A stretch of 64,000 nt of DNA from Eledone cirrhosa (GCA_964016885.1 OZ024742.1:129890001-129954000), one strand, 5' to 3'. Counted from the first letter of the stretch, positions 1 to 12,075 are shown. A program made the numbers and translations. Notes: generated from the letters alone by a model not told the origin.

Positions 1-61
1 AGTTCTCAGATTCAGAGAATATCAAACACTAGATATTGGCACCTGCCTTAAAATAAACCCT

Positions 62-67
62 TTTATT
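62..67 (-). promoter_or_regulatory. Candidate AATAAA polyadenylation signal overlapping the IQCG stop codon
   Basis: Minus strand reads AAA TAA A. The true 3' end may lie outside the window. Confidence 0.2.
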
Positions 68-167
68 TGGCCCCTTTATTCTTTTTGGTGTTTTTAGTTT
101 TCTTTTTCTTCTTCCGGTATGTTCCATACCCTTTCCGTACCATTATTCCTCTCCACCAAGCTTGCAG
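63..167 (-). CDS. IQCG: Terminal coding exon of IQ motif-containing protein G / dynein regulatory complex subunit 9
   Basis: Acceptor ttttaaacAG (AG = 169-168), then LQAWWRGIMVRKGYGTYRKKKKKTKNTKKNKGAK* (TAA at 65-63). IQ motif plus Lys-rich tail matches the recalled IQCG C-terminus (LQAWWRGTMIRR...). Phase 0 with the previous exon. Confidence 0.92.
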   Translation of the reverse strand: MQAWWRGIMVRKGYGTYRKKKKKTKNTKKNKGAK

Positions 168-1177
168 CTGTTTAAAAGACAAAAAGAATCAATGTTACAA
201 CAAAAAACATTTAAAAGTCAATATTCTATTATTTGTCATAGATTTCATAAAGATTTATTCTTTTTCCTGTTCTTTCTTCAGCGATGTATTTGTTTGTATA
301 TATTTTTGATGCCATGTTATTAAAATTGCTACAGCTGTCACCCACAATCGAATATGACTTGGTAGTAAGTAAAATGCTTTTGTTAACCCTTTAATGTTCA
401 AACTGGCCAAAACTGGCCAGAATTCTCTACCTTTTTCTGTTGAAACTGGCTGTAACTGGCCACTCATACTGATGTTAAGGTATTGTTATCAAAATAAATA
501 CTTTCAAAATCTCACAAATTCGATATTATGTGAGATATTATGTGAGGTAAAGCATTTACCATGAAAATACAATAAATGCAAGGACCCCATTCAATCATTA
601 CCTTCTATCTCTTCTCCTTCTTATAAATTCCTTAATTCTTAATCTAGCGTATTTTCAAACCTTAATTCCTAGCGTATTTTCAAACCTCAATTCCTAATTC
701 TAGCGTATTTTCAAAACAAAAAACAAAATCCTTTTCCTTCCTTCTTCCTTAACTCGAAACTCTCGCTTCCTCGACCCCCACCCGCTCTTACTGCGAGGGC
801 ATGGCGGTCAAACGCCCGATACACACAATCATCATGCGCCCACCCCCTCTCTCTCTCTCTCTATATATATATATGATAGAAATTCACTTCGCCAAATTTG
901 ATTGCTTTGCTGTCCATGCCACGATATTCATGTAACGTAATGTACATATTTTTCTTCATCTCTACCTCCACACTCCATATTTCGTATCAAGTCCAAATAG
1001 CCAATGTATTGCTAAAACAATCTACATTTTTTTTGTATTCATTAATTGTGAGATACGAAAGTTTTTGTCGTATCGAACAGAATAAAATTTTGTATTTTTG
1101 TTAATCGCTTGTTAAATGCAAGGACCCCATTCAATCATTACCTTCTATCTAGCTACCCAACACCCCTCCCTCCCACT

Positions 1178-1276
1178 CCCACGCACCACCATTGCTATTA
1201 CGTGGACCAATCATAAGCCAGAGCCCCCACGCATCACCAGTATTATTATTACGCGGACCAATCAGAAGCCAGAGGC
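1178..1276 (+). promoter_or_regulatory. Two ~48-bp tandem units, each with a CCAAT box; candidate internal promoter of the RTE
   Basis: cccacgca...tattacg(t/c)GGACCAATCA(t/g)aagccagag occurs twice just upstream of ORF2. Confidence 0.4.
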
Positions 1277-1317
1277 CTATACTATCGCTTGCCTGGTTGC
1301 CTTTCGATATATGATGG

Positions 1318-4300
1318 ATGGATGGACTGCGGAATCCTGGAGAGAGAGAAAAATCTGGCCGCTCAGCGACAATGCCAAAGATAAAGACAAATTCACCTCT
1401 TGGACGAGAATGCGAGCACTCCTCATTGTTTCGACCGCGGACGGCTAACATAACCCCATCGCCCCCCGCCCCCACCGCCCCCCCAAACTTCAGAGTTGGT
1501 ACCATAAATGTAGGCACCCTAAAGGGTCACGCTAACGAGGTTGTAGAAATGCTTGAACGTAAGGAGGTCGATGTTTGTTGTATTCAAGAGACCAGGTGGA
1601 GGGGTGGGTCTGCTAGATTCATTGAGGGTAAAAAACGATGTTATAAGCTTTTCTGGGTGGGAAACGACGATGGGCTGGGCGGAGTAGGAATCATGGTAGC
1701 AGAAAAGTGGGCAGATAAGATAATAGACGTAAATAGAGTGAACGACAGAATAATTAAAATACGACTTGTCCTCAATAGAACTACGGTGACAGTAATATCT
1801 GCGTACGCACCCCAATCCGGACTGCCCGGCACTATAAAAGACAGATTCTATGAGACACTGATGCTAACTACCTCCCAAATATCCGACAGTGACTATATAA
1901 TTATTGCAGGCGACCTAAATGGTCACGTTGGACAACATTGTGACGGCTACGACGAAATCCATGGAGGCTATGGGTTTGGTACTAGAAATGAGGAAGGCTC
2001 CAGAATCCTGGAATTCTGTGATGCAAATAACCTAACTATCTGTAACACTAACTTCAAAAAACGTGACAATCACCTGATCACCTATAGATCCGGGGAACAC
2101 ACAAACCAGGTAGATTATATCCTTACCAGAAGACGTGACAGTGTCTGTTGTAAACACTAAATCCCTCCCCCATGAAGAATGCACCTCCCAACATAGACTG
2201 ATAATTAGCGACCTCATAGTCAGGACGAGACGTACTCGACAGCAGAAGAGGACTATCCTCAGGAGAAAAATATGGAAGCTAAAGGACCCCACAGCCAGGA
2301 ATAAATTTCAAAGCATATTACTTGATGCTTTCGACAGTAAGGAAGAACATTTAGAGTCGGACAATATAGAGGGAGAGTGGGAATTTCTGAAAGCAAACCT
2401 GCTTTTGGCGACAGACGAAGTCTGTGGCTGGAGCAGGCCTATAGGCAGGAGGAGAGTAACATGGTGGTGGAACAGTAAGGTGGAGGGGTCAATTAAGGCC
2501 AAAAAGCAGGCTTGGAAAGTATGGCGGGATGGGGGAAGTAGAGAAGACTATCAAGTGGCCAGGAGGGAAGCTAGGAGACAAGTGTACTTAGCAAGAAGGG
2601 AAGCTGAGGAAAGAAAGTTCAAGCATGTTCTACAACGCGATGACCAAAAACGTGAGGTGTTCAGGATTGCTAGGCAATGCGTCAAGGAAAACCGTGATAT
2701 TGTCGGGGAGAAGTGTGTACTAAACGACGATGGCAGACTTGCCATCACCGACGCTGATAAGAAGGTAGCTTGGAAGTGTCACTATGAAAGGCTACTAAAT
2801 GAGGAGAATAAATGGGAGAAAGACAGTCTCCCCCATATCAACCCAATAGAGGGACCAGCAGTGTTAGTCGAGGGGAGTATAATAAGTAAGGCAATCAAGG
2901 ATATGAAGACGGGTAAGGCGGCTGGGCCTTCGGAAATAGTTGCTGAGATGCTGAAGGCATCTGGCACGGTGGGACACACCATGGTCACCCGCATAGTTAA
3001 CCAAGTCGTACAGAATGGGGTTGTTCCGAAGGACTGGCATAGCAGCATCATCGTTAACTGTTATAAGGGTAAAGGAGACGCCCTAGATAGGAGTAACTAT
3101 AGAGGCATTAAATTAATCGACCAGGTCATGAAGGTCACGGAAAAGGTAATAGCACAACTAATCAGAGAGAGAATTGACCTAGATGAAATGCAGTTCGGGT
3201 TTGTGTCAGGCAAAAGAACCACAGACGCTCTTTTCATTGTACGACAACTACAGGAGAAGTACCTAGCTAAAGGTAAACCCCTCTACTTAGCTTTTGTCGA
3301 CTTGGAGAAAGCCTTCGACAGTCCCCCGCTCCATTATCTGGTGGGCTCTTAGAAAACTAGGCGTTGACGAATGGCTTGTGAGAGCTATACAAGCCATGTA
3401 TAAAAAAACAGTCAGCAAGGTTAGAATTAACAACGAATATAGTGAAGAGTTTAGCGTAAAAGTTGGCGTCCATCAGGGCTCTGTTCTCAGCCCCCTACTA
3501 TTTATTATTGCCCTTCAGGCTATAACAGAGGAGTTCAAGACCGGCTGCCCATGGGAACTCCTATACGCAGACGACCTGACACTCATAGCGGAATCAATGG
3601 CCGAGCTAGAGAAGAAATTCCAAACATGGAAGCATGGCCTAGAATCAAAAGGCCTTAAAATTAACCTGGCTAAGACTAAAGTTCTAGTTTGTAGGAAAGA
3701 AAATAAGGCGGCGGTCCCTTCTGGGAAATGGTCGTGCTCGGTGTGTAGGAAAGGCGTTGGTAGAAACTCCATTTTATGTCCTAAATGCAAAGTATGGGTG
3801 CATAAAAGATGTAGTGGGATCACAGGTAAGCTAACTAAGAACATAGATTTTACATGTGGCCGGTGCTCTGGTGCAATAAGTAGCAGCAAGTGCCCACAAA
3901 ATACTAGCTCTTTCAATTGCGCAGAGGGTTCTATAGAAATAGTGGACAGTTTCCGTTACCTGGGTGATAAAATCAGCAGTGGGTTAGGGTGCTCTGAAAG
4001 TACAGTAGCTAGAGTCAGAACTGGTTGGAAAAAGTTCAGAGAGCTTATACCACTATTAGCTGCTAAAGGGTTCTCCCTAAAAATGAAAGGCAGGTTGTAC
4101 GATGCCTGCATACGAACAGCAATGTTGCATGGCAGTGAGACCTGGGCATTGTGTGCAGAGGATATACGCAGACTAGAGAGGAACGAAGCTTGCATGCTCC
4201 GCTGGATGTGTAACAGTAATATACGTGAACGGCAAAGCATAAACGAAGTAAGGAAAAAATTAGAAATAAGAGGGATCAGATGTTGTTTACTCGAGAGAAG

Positions 4301-4520
4301 GCTACGTTGGTATGGACACGTGATGCGCATGAAAGTCGATAGCTGTATAACAAAGTGCAGGGCAATAAAGATAGACGGTAGCCACGGAATAGGCAGACCT
4401 AGAAAAACCTGGGACGAGCTGATAAACTCCGACCTCACACACTTACACCTCTCCAAGACAATGTCACTGGACCGAGACCTTTGGCGGTACTCAGTAACAG
4501 AGAAGACCCGCCTTACCTAA
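1318..4520 (+). pseudogene. RTE ORF2 (APE endonuclease, RT, embedded PHD finger) with two frameshifts
   Basis: EN motifs GTINVGTL, IQETRW, GDLNGH, QVDYIL. RT motifs FVDLEKAFD, GVHQGSVLSPLLF, LLYADD, FRYLG. C-terminal RRLRWYGHV and GRPRKTW. Frameshifts near 2147 and 3320. Confidence 0.92.
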
Positions 4521-5195
4521 ATACATAGAGATGCCTACTGGCTGTAGTAGGTTTTACTAACAAAATACCCCCCCCCCCGTCCCACCACCCCAACCCATCC
4601 ACGCCACCCCGTTCTATGTAAAGTTGTGTTGGTGCCACACCATCCAGGCCGAAACAAATGAGATCGTGTAGGTGTCACGACAAAAAAACACACAGTCCAC
4701 GCTGTAATGTGGCCGTGTAGGCAACACGGTAAAAACCTCCCAGACCCACACTGTAAATGTGGTTGGTGTTAGGAAGGGCATCCAACTGTAGAAAACCTGC
4801 CAGACAGTCCTATGCGAGCAAGACAATCACTCTTGCCTCAAGTGGGACTACCCCCGTCCAAACCCATGCAAGCGTGGAACACGGACGTTAAACGTTGATG
4901 ATGATGATGATATGTAGAGTAATGTGAATGGTATGTGAGATATTATGTGAGGTAAAGCATTTACCATGAAAATACAATAGTATATGTAGAGTAATGTGAA
5001 TGTTATGTGAGATATTATGTGAGGTAAAGCCTTTACCATGAAACTACAATATTATATATAGAGTAACGTGAATGGTAAAGGGTTAAGGCTTTTAGCTGTC
5101 CCATGTAACTAGACACAGTCTCTTCACCATCATTTCTTTCATCTAGCAGAATATCCAAAATATGACAACTGGATGGAGAGAGAGCTGCACCATAT

Positions 5196-5488
5196 AATAC
5201 ATACATACAGACACATACATACATACATACAGACATACAGACATACAGACATACATACACATAGACATACATACATACAGACACATAGACATACAGACAC
5301 ATAGACATACATACAGACACATAGACATACATACAGATACATAGATACATACAGATACATAGATACATACAGATACATAGATACATACAGATACATAGAT
5401 ACATACAGATACATAGATACATACAGATACATACATACATACAGATACATACATACATACAGATACATACATACATACAGACACATAC
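5196..5488. repeat. Compound (CATA)/(GATA)/(CAGA) microsatellite
   Basis: Direct reading. Confidence 0.95.
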
Positions 5489-5542
5489 ATGCACCTGAGC
5501 ACTGTACACAATAATTTCATTATTATTATTATACATACATAC

Positions 5543-6884
5543 ATACTAAACAACACAGGAAACTTCCACATCAACAGTGACATAGACTGCCTTTACTTGA
5601 AACGTAAGCAGGGAGGCAGAGGCCTAACATCAGTCCAGACAGCATTTGAATGTCGCATCATATCCCTCTGACAACATCTACGAACCTCGAAGCGTAGGAG
5701 CCCGTCTCTCGAGCAAGTCTATCTGCATGAAACAGAGAAGATATTCCCTGTGTGATAATCGAAAACTCACACTCAGGGAAGTCGCTCAGCAGTATCGCAG
5801 TGAATCCATGGATGAAAAACTGCATGCTTATCAGCAAAAAATCATGCATGGATATGTTGCCAGGTAGCTCCAGAGTGAGAGTAATGTAGATAAGGAAAAT
5901 AGTCTTGGACCAACAACCGCTATATTGGCTTTCACTTTGAATGATACGCTTTTGCAATCCACGAACAGGAGATTAACACGAAATACCTGATTCACAAAAG
6001 AGATAGGGATGCAGGCAAAACACCTAGATGTGATAACAAGTGCAGACTCTGCAGAACTAACATCGAGGATATCACCCATGTCATCAGCAGCTGCCCAAAG
6101 ATGTTATCGCGGTACTATCAACCTATGAGGCATGATGTAGTGGTCAAAACACTGTACAATGCAGTCCGTAAAAAAGATAGCCCCGAAAATAAACACATTA
6201 AAAGCTACAGAAATGTGGAAGACATCCACGTACATAATATGAAAGAGTACTGGTGAAATGTTCCAGTAAAAATCCCAATAAAATGCAGGCATAACAGACC
6301 AGATATTATGATATGGTACAGGGAGAAGAAAGCATGCACAGTAGTGGAAATTAGCTGCCCAGCAGAAGCCAATATAATATCAAAGATTAGCAAAAAGGAG
6401 AATATTTATGCCGAACTGATGAGAAATCTGCAGATACTCCACCCTGATTACCCCTTCAGATTTATGCCTGTGATTATTGGGGCACTGGGGTATGTTAGTA
6501 ACTGCCTCAATACAAATCTTGAGAAGCTGGGCTTCACAGGAACAGAAAGAACACAACTAGTTAGGAAATTACAAGTACAATCCATTAATGGAACAATAAA
6601 AAAAATGTAAAACATTCCAAAAATTTTGCATCTAATAACTGCATATACACATGTACAGATACAAAGCATATACACATGCACACATACAACTCAAAACATA
6701 CACACCCACCACATACAATAACATCCATATCTACACATGCATGCATGCATAATCTACCTAGTTGATGTGTAAATTCCAATGAGAGAGTCTTGTGATTATG
6801 TTAGAAACCAACTCTCTCTATTGGGAAAAAATATGTGAAATTATAAAACCAGAAGAACATACATACAGACATACATATATACAT
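5543..6884 (+). mobile_element. 5'-truncated R4/Dong-like RLE LINE, copy 1, with (CATA)n tail
   Basis: GGRGL, Zn knuckle CRLC..H..C, HNRPDIMIW..VVEISCP RLE motif. Stops and an internal deletion relative to copy 2. Confidence 0.88.
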
Positions 6885-8838
6885 ATATTTCAGGGGGACA
6901 GTCTCTCTGTGATATTGTTCATCTTGTCATTAAACCCCTTGTCCTTTCTGCTCAAGAAATGTGAGGGATACATCATTGGCTCACAGGAGGACAGAAATAC
7001 GAACCTAACCCATAACTTCTTTGTTGACGATCTGAAACTCTATGCCAAGAACATGGATGGGATGAAGAAAAATCTTGACCTGGTTACAACGTTCTCAAAG
7101 GATATAGGAATGGAGTTTGGCCAAGATAAATGCTCATACATGACTGTAAAGCGGGGAAAAACAACAACCCAATCTAGCAACATTGTCATCAATTGTCTAA
7201 CTGTTTCACCGATATCTGATGAGGACTGCTACAGATACCTGGGGATAGATGAGAACATATCCTATAATGGTATCTGTAATAAAGAACACGTAACCAGGGA
7301 ATACTACACCCGATTAAGAAAGATCTGGTCATCGGAACTCTCTGCACAAAACAAAACAGTGGCTCACAATGTGTTTGCTGTGCCTGTCCTAACACCAACG
7401 TTTGGAATACTCAATTGGACGATAGATGAAAATGAGCAGTTGATGTTGGAACTCGAAAAATACTGAACAACACCGGAAACTTCCACATCAACAGTGACAT
7501 AGACCGCCTTTACTTGAAATGTAAGCAGGGAGGCAGAGGCCTAACATCAGTCCAGACAACATTTGAATGTCGCATCATATCTCTCCGACAACATCTACGA
7601 ACCTCGAAGCGTAGGAGCCCGCTTCTCGAGCAAGTCTATCTGCATGAAACAGATAAGATCATGAGAGTTGGGAAGGAACTCCTTGAGAGATATTCCCTGT
7701 GTGATAATCAAAAACTCACACCCAGGGATGTCGCTCAGCAGTATCGCAGTGAATCCATGGATAATAAACGGCATGCCTATCGGCAAAAAATCATGCATGG
7801 ATATGTTGCCAGGAAGCTCCAGAGTGAGAGTAATATAGATAAGGAAAGTAGTCTATCTTGGAACAACAACCGCTATATTGGCTCCCACTTTGAAGGATAC
7901 GCTTTTGCAATCCACGAACAGGAGATTAACACGAAATACCTTATTCACAAAAGAGATAGGGATGTAGGCAAAACACCTAGATGTGATAACAAGTGCAGAC
8001 TCTGCAGAACTAACACCGAGGATATCACCCATGTCATCAGCAGCTGCCCAAAGATGTCATCGCGGTACTATCTACCTATGAGGCATGATGTAGTGGCCAA
8101 AACACTGTACAATGCAGTTCGTAAAAAAGATAGCTCCGATAATAAACACATTAAAAGCTACAACAATGTGGAAGACATCCATGTACATAATATGAAAGAG
8201 TACTGGTGGAATGTTCCAGTAAAAACCCCAATAAAATGCAGGCATAACAGACCAGATATTATGATATGGGACAGGGAGAAGAAAACATGCACAGTAGTGG
8301 AAATTAGCTGCCCAGCAGATGCCAATATAATATCAAAGATTAGTGAAAATGAGAATATTTATGCAGAACTGATGAGAAATCTGCAGATACTCCACCCTGA
8401 TTACACCTTCAGATTTATGCCTGTGATTATTGGGCACTGGGATATGTTAGTAACTGCCTCAATACAAATCTTGAGAAGCTAGGCTTCACAAGAACAGAAA
8501 GAACACAACTAGTTAGAAAATTACAAGTACAATCCATTAATGGAACAGTAAAAATATTTAAAACATTCCAAAAATTTTGCATCTAATAACTGCATATACA
8601 CATGTACAGATACAAAGCATATACACATGCACACATACAACTCAAAACATCCACATCCACACATACAATAACATCCATATCTACACATGCATGCATACAT
8701 ACATATCTACCTAGTTGATGTTGTGTAAATTCCAATGAGAGTCTTGTGTCTGTTAGAAACCGACTCTCTCACTATTGGTAAAACTTTGTGAAATTATAAA
8801 ACCAGAAGAACATACATACATACATGCATACATACATG
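6885..8838 (+). mobile_element. 5'-truncated R4/Dong-like RLE LINE, copy 2, with (CATA)n tail
   Basis: RT IFQGDSLS, FFVDDLKLY, YRYLG; CCHC knuckle; HNRPD..VEISCPAD..YAEL. Frameshifts near 7440 and 8433. Confidence 0.9.
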
Positions 8839-8869
8839 CACACACATCTAAAGTCTCTTTTGAGTCTGG

Positions 8870-9085
8870 AGGCTCATCAGGCCTGTTTTTGTGGTGTGAA
8901 GCAACCCAGAGTACAAGACTCAATCCTGGAAAGAATGCCAGTCTGTTGCAGAGTTAAACCCCCCTGTTACAGCTGGTACTCATCTTCAGCTGAATATACT
9001 GGAGCAATGTGAAATGAAGTGTTTTGCTCAAGAACACAACATACAACCCAGTCCAACACCCTAACCACTAGGCTATGCTCCTCCA
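8870..9085 (-). mobile_element. tRNA/CORE-type SINE fragment
   Basis: Reverse complement contains gtgttcttgagcaaaacacttcatttcacattgctccagt, the CORE-like segment. Confidence 0.65.
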
Positions 9086-9573
9086 CCCACGCACACCCAC
9101 ACACAGACACATATATATATGGCTCAGTGAAAGTGTGGCTCCTTGCCACAAGTATGGTAATGTAGTTAAGAAGTTTGCTTCAGAATCACATGAGCATGGG
9201 TCTTATCACACTGCAGGACACTTTTGGCAGCAACAGCAACAGACACAAGAATAAGAACAGCAGCAGCAGAAGCAATAACAACAACAACAACAACAACAAT
9301 AACAGCATCAGCACCAGCAGTAACAGCAACAACAAGGTAGCCGGGAGTAAACCCATGCCAGATAGCTGGATAACATCTATCAACACAGCTGGTCTTGGAG
9401 AGCCAGCTGAATCAATTGAAGAACATATGTCTGTATATTTGCTTGTGCATCTATAATTTATTTTGTATGAGCTAATTCTTTTCATTGACTTCTGTAGATT
9501 TGCATATAGATATAAAAAACATTAAGTTCATCTTCAAATGTGTATGTGTGTGTAAATGTATGTGTGTGTATAT

Positions 9574-9911
9574 ATCATCATCATCATCATTTTACGTCCG
9601 CTTTTCCCTGCTTGCAAGGGTGGGGGCGGGAACTGATTCTGGCTTGATTCTACAGCTGGATGCCCTTCCTGACACCAACCTCATTTACAGTGAGTGCTGG
9701 GTGCTTTTTTTTGCCATGGCACCTCCACGACCACTTTGCAGTGAAATGATATGGACATCAGTCCCTATCATCTCATTTCTACAGCTGAGTAAACTGGAGC
9801 AATGTGAAATAAAGTGTCTTGCTCAAGGAAACAACACATCATCCGGTCTGAGAATTGAACTCACAACCTTTCGATTGCAAGGCCAATGTTCTAACCACTA
9901 AGCCATGTGCC
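9574..9911 (-). mobile_element. tRNA-CORE SINE with RTE-derived 3' tail and (GAT)n
   Basis: Same family as 12290-12732. The tail matches the RTE 3' UTR at 4745-4910. Confidence 0.82.
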
Positions 9912-9914
9912 ATA

Positions 9915-10260
9915 TATACATATTTGGATGCTGCAGTTAGGACGAGAGCCACAGCTTCTGCAGCCGAGCGGAGTAAGACCCTCAAATACTCTGATCTGTC
10001 GGCCAGCTATATTTTTTAGCCTGTGGCTTTCAAGACGTTTAGGGGAGTCGGCCTGCTGACTGCGAGGTTCCTCCTTTCACTGGTGGCTCGCCTAATAGAG
10101 GTAACTGGCGAATTTTGCGAGGGCGCTTGGTTGTTCCAGCGCATTAGCCTCCCTATCACCCGATGCAACACTGCAAGTGTGCTGGCTTGCCTAAAAAATC
10201 ATTAGAGAAGTTTCCCAGTTCCCATTGCGACACCGCTGTCTTTTGCTCTGGTGTTGGCTT
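9915..10260 (+). mobile_element. 3' relic of a CRE-clade non-LTR element (C-terminal RLE region)
   Basis: ASAAERSKTLKYSDL..F*PVAFKTFRGVG...WLFQRISLPITRCNTASVL, resembling the CRE-type K..KY..L / P.A.ETLG / QRISLAIQRGNA pattern. A related scrap is at about 16070-16155. Confidence 0.7.
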
Positions 10261-10482
10261 GGTTGTTCACTCCTTCCTTTACATTTTCTTTACTATTGTA
10301 ACATTAAAAGAATATATCTTTCTTTGAAGAGGGTCATATTGTTGTAATAATATTGACAGAAATAATAACAGAATACACTCACTGTTTGGTTGGTTTTCAC
10401 TTCTGTATCTTTTATATCTCCATAGTTAATTTATTTGGCAATCAATGTTTATCATTGATTGACCAACGGTTAAAAATACATT

Positions 10483-11175
10483 ATATATATATATATATAT
10501 ATAAATATATATATTTATATATATATATATATATATAAATATATATATTTATATATATATATATATATATAAATATATATATTTATATATATATATATAT
10601 AAATATATATATTTATATATATATATATATAAATATATATATTTATATATATATATATATAAATATATATATTTATATAAATATATATATTTATATATAT
10701 ATATATAAATATATATATTTATATATATATATATATATAAATATATATATTTATATAAATATATATATTTATATATATATATATATAAATATATATATTT
10801 ATATATATATATATAAATATATATATTTATATATATATATATATAAATATATATATTTATATAAATATATATATTTATATATATATATATATATATAAAT
10901 ATATATATTTATATATATATATATATATATATAAATATATATATTTATATATATATATATATATATATAAATATATATATTTATATATATATATATATAT
11001 ATATATAAATATATATATTTATATATATATATATATAAATATATATATTTATATAAATATATATATTTATATATATATATATATAAATATATATATTTAT
11101 ATATATATATATATAAATATATATATTTATATAAATATATATATTTATATATATATATATATATATAAATATATA

Positions 11176-11208
<33 letters not shown>
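10483..11208. repeat. (TA)n array built from the palindromic unit TAAATATATATATTTA
   Basis: Direct reading. Confidence 0.95.
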
Positions 11209-11210
<2 letters not shown>

Positions 11211-11212
<2 letters not shown>

Positions 11213-12075
11213 GACTACTGTGATTTACCGATTAATTGGTGAAATATATTTTTTATTTAAAGGAATATATACAAAGGAGATTAATCATTTTAAAAGGTTT
11301 AAAATATTTGAAGTTCTAGTTAAACTTTAATTAGTTACCTACCTAGCTATGTGTGCTTACACACTTTACAAATTATTCCCTGTGATTGTTTCATATGTTT
11401 ATTTTATATATATATGTCAATCTATTTCTAGTTGATATAAAATGCTCAGATCTATTCATTGGAATCTTTGAGCTTATTCTGCAGTCGATATGGCGCATGT
11501 ATCTCAGAGATGACAACCCTTAATTTAATTTTGAATATATATACGGCCTCTTAATTGTAAAGCTAACTCAGTTGAATGGACTCGGCTGCTATTTCTAGCT
11601 GTCAATAATCCTATTCACACCACTGGGATGATGCTGTGCGATGTATGTATTTTTTTTTTAAATTCAACACATGGTACGAGTCATTCACAGATTTGCATTT
11701 GCTGTGTAAACACAGATGGTTGGATCTTCTCCTTTGTGGTGACCATCCGGGATTTGACTGCTGTGATTTACAGATTAATTGGTGAAATATATTTTTTATT
11801 TAAAGAAATATATATAAAGGAGATTAATCATTTTAAAAGGTATCTATATTTGAAGTTCTAGTTAAATTTTAATTGGTTACCTACCTAGCTATGTGTGGTT
11901 ACATACTTGTATTCCCTGTGATTGTTTCATGTTTATTTTATATATATGTCAATCTATTTCTAGTTGACATAATAAAATGCTCGGATCTATTCAGTGGAAT
12001 CTTTGAGCTTATTCTGCAGTAGATATGGCGCATGTCTCTCAGACATGACAACCCTTAATTTAATTTTGAATGAAT
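11211..12075. repeat. ~325-bp direct duplication (11211-11535 and 11754-12075) bounded by TA runs
   Basis: ttgact(a/g)ctgtgatttac..gattaattggtgaaatatatt ... atgacaacccttaatttaattttgaat occurs twice. Confidence 0.88.

Larger units (their letters stand above)
573..4910 (+). mobile_element. Apparently full-length RTE-clade (BovB-like) LINE
   Basis: 5' UTR, APE endonuclease plus RT ORF2, 3' UTR and (GAT)n tail at 4897-4910. Confidence 0.93.
387..5082. mobile_element. TTAA-flanked piggyBac-like MITE split by the RTE LINE insertion
   Basis: TTAA(383-386)|CCCTTTAATGTTCA ... TGAATGGTAAAGGG|TTAA(5083-5086). Internal 72-bp tandem unit at 4911/4983/5055. An uninterrupted relative lies at 58100-58300. 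Confidence 0.75.

Noticed and set aside
255-467. Minus-strand ORF near the IQCG last exon as an alternative exon
   Set aside because: Starts inside a MITE, has no IQCG similarity and no convincing splice sites.
755-825. HDV-like ribozyme in the RTE 5' region (TTCCTCG plus GC-rich stems)
   Set aside because: Could not build P3, or a consistent P1/P2 nesting.
5033-5583. MYVCIC-type ORFs, and similar poly-residue ORFs at about 9.2, 22.5, 44.0 and 56.4 kb
   Set aside because: Microsatellite translations.
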